Positions 5,112 through 6,524 of a stretch of DNA of 6,524 nt are shown here, in pieces (the first letter of the stretch is position 1; each line of letters opens with the position of its first letter). The notes below the pieces were generated by a model. It was given only the letters and a program-made list of their open reading frames with translations, was not told the origin of the DNA and made no database searches. The DNA is from a virus (taxonomy: Duplodnaviria > Heunggongvirae > Uroviricota > Caudoviricetes), in IMG/VR virus record IMGVR_UViG_2703718859_000008. One strand, 5' to 3'. Both the position numbers and the translations under genes were made by a program.

Positions 5112-6328
5112 TTAGCCACCTTCAGCATAACAATATTTTCATGATTTCCAGCCAGCACATCGAGACGCTCAACCCATAGATTCAGAGCGTCCCGTTTCGC
5201 CTGTAAATAGCGTGAATGGTTATAGGTTTTTTGCTGACCGGGCATCTGATGCGCTGTGATGTGCTCCACGATATGCGGATCGATACCTAAATCGTTCAGC
5301 ATCGTTGTAAACGTGTGGCGAAAGTCATGCAGCGTCCAGTGTTCCTGGTTAAGCCGCTTATGCGCATTTCGCCCATATTGCGCTACCGTGGTATCTTTTT
5401 TCAGTTCTCCGAGCAATAACCCTGTATGTCGGTTCTGCTCCACCAGCTTCTGAATGAACGGCAAAATGCCATCGGGGATTGGCCTGAATATCGTTACCTT
5501 CGTTTTGCTGTGCTCTTTTGGCACTGTCCACAACATTTCTTTCAGATCCCATTCTTTGATCTCTGAAAGTCTGACCTCTGCCGTTCTGCACCCGAACACA
5601 ATCAGCAAGCGCATTAACGCGCTGTAGTAAGGCGCGAACACATCACCATCGATAGCGCGTAAAATTTCCTTTAATTCGCTGTTACTGTGCACCCTCTCGC
5701 GAATTTCTGCTCTCTTACCCACATCGCTGACGATCAAATCGTCCAGGGCATTACTGAACGCGTAGCGCCTCCTGCGGCAGAACTTTAGCGCCTGTTTGCA
5801 GGTTTGCATGACGTGCCCTGCTGCTACTGGTGCTTTTTTTCGTACACGGTCAAAACATGCGATCCACTGCCTTGTATCACATTTATCAAGAGGAATTGCC
5901 CCTATATGGCAAATGATGTGCTTATCCATACGTTGCACCAGCTTTATGTAGTCTTTGCGGTTATCCTTCGCATATTCATCCAGCCAGTAGTTAATCGCCT
6001 CCTTCACCGTAACGGGTTTTAGCGCTTCCTGTACTGTGGAGCACAACTCATAACGGGGGTTTTTACCCTCAGCCAGCCATGCCCGGCACTGTGCGCGTTT
6101 TTCCCTTGCAGCTTTCAGCGACAATTCAGGGTAAGCCCCCAGCTTTAACCGCTCTGCGGCAACCTCACGCCCTCCCGTTCGGTACCGGAAATACCAGGTT
6201 AATTTGCCGCCCTTTGAGTGTTTAATCTCCAGCCCGCCCCCGTCGGAGTAAAAACGCTCTTTTTCTGCCTGGACAGCCACCAATTTTTTTAACGTTGAAT
6301 CGCTCAGTTTGTTTAGTGCCTTTCCCAC
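5108..6328 (-). CDS. int: tyrosine recombinase / P4-type phage integrase (N-terminal arm-binding DUF4102-like domain)
   Basis: C-terminal catalytic motifs HDFRHTFTTMLNDLGIDPHIVEHITAH and a downstream Tyr. N-terminal GGGLEIKHSKGGKLTWYFRYR matches the arm-binding domain of P4-family integrases. Track ORF runs to 6439, but its first 37 codons are Cys/Val/Leu-rich and start on an unsupported GTG. The in-frame GTG at 6328..6326 is preceded by AAAGAGGA and begins ...GKALNKLSDSTLKK, typical of this family. Confidence 0.85.
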   Translation of the reverse strand: MGKALNKLSDSTLKKLVAVQAEKERFYSDGGGLEIKHSKGGKLTWYFRYRTGGREVAAERLKLGAYPELSLKAAREKRAQCRAWLAEGKNPRYELCSTVQEALKPVTVKEAINYWLDEYAKDNRKDYIKLVQRMDKHIICHIGAIPLDKCDTRQWIACFDRVRKKAPVAAGHVMQTCKQALKFCRRRRYAFSNALDDLIVSDVGKRAEIRERVHSNSELKEILRAIDGDVFAPYYSALMRLLIVFGCRTAEVRLSEIKEWDLKEMLWTVPKEHSKTKVTIFRPIPDGILPFIQKLVEQNRHTGLLLGELKKDTTVAQYGRNAHKRLNQEHWTLHDFRHTFTTMLNDLGIDPHIVEHITAHQMPGQQKTYNHSRYLQAKRDALNLWVERLDVLAGNHENIVMLKVAK

Positions 6329-6339
6329 TATCAGATCCT

Positions 6340-6524
6340 CTTTCCTGTCCTCCAACCTCAAAAAACTGACCACACAACTGACCACACATTTCGTTGAAGC
6401 TCTACGAACAACGACGAACAACAACAAACAAGAAAACACAATAATTCAATACATATCAAACACATACACAAACAACCACGAACACCCCCGAACCACAAAA
6501 AACACTAAATGAGAAAATACGGGT
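6340..6524. repeat. strand-biased AC-rich tract with short tandem repeats upstream of int (possible promoter / arm-site / att-proximal region)
   Basis: Plus strand is almost devoid of G and T over about 180 bp. Tandem ACTGACCACACA x2 at 6365-6388 and CGAACAAC x2 at 6405-6422. Immediately 5' of the integrase start. Confidence 0.35.

Noticed and set aside
6329-6439. N-terminal 37-codon extension of the integrase ORF
   Set aside because: Begins on GTG without a Shine-Dalgarno and encodes MFSCLLLFVVVRR..., unlike integrase N-termini. The downstream GTG at 6328 is preferred.
4384-6512. Plus-strand track ORFs 4384..4581, 4407..4616, 5256..5453, 5804..6022 and 6309..6512, and minus-strand 5358..5591
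   Set aside because: All embedded within or antisense to the integrase and the 264-aa gene, or inside the AC-rich tract. No start signals and implausible composition.
6340-6524. tRNA or tmRNA integration target at the right end
   Set aside because: The plus strand here is AC-rich with almost no G, and no cloverleaf-compatible or CCA-terminated segment is visible. Any attachment-site tRNA must lie outside the window.

Overview
This window looks like the integrase-proximal part of a P4/CP4-57-like or PICI-like integrative element from an enterobacterium; almost all genes are on the minus strand. Reading right to left: a P4-type tyrosine integrase (GTG start, AC-rich upstream tract); an AT-rich 264-aa gene translationally coupled to it (ATGA overlap) with an N-terminal HTH-like segment and an unrecognised C-terminal region; a hairpin plus T7 terminator that also sequesters the Shine-Dalgarno of an AlpA-family gene; a lone plus-strand 100-aa putative regulator; an intergenic region with phased GTGA(G/T)ATACAC repeats; a tightly overlapping operon of five small unknown genes ending in a RecA-fold (AAA_25-like) replication helicase; and directly 3' of that helicase a cluster of CCCCACTTTT iterons with AT-rich spacers, a likely replication origin. 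A further minus-strand ORF runs off the left edge. No tRNA, rRNA, CRISPR array or IS element is visible. The most interesting candidate for something undescribed is the AT-rich 264-aa gene with its flanking palindromic operators. All functional calls rest on motif recognition by eye; no database search was possible.
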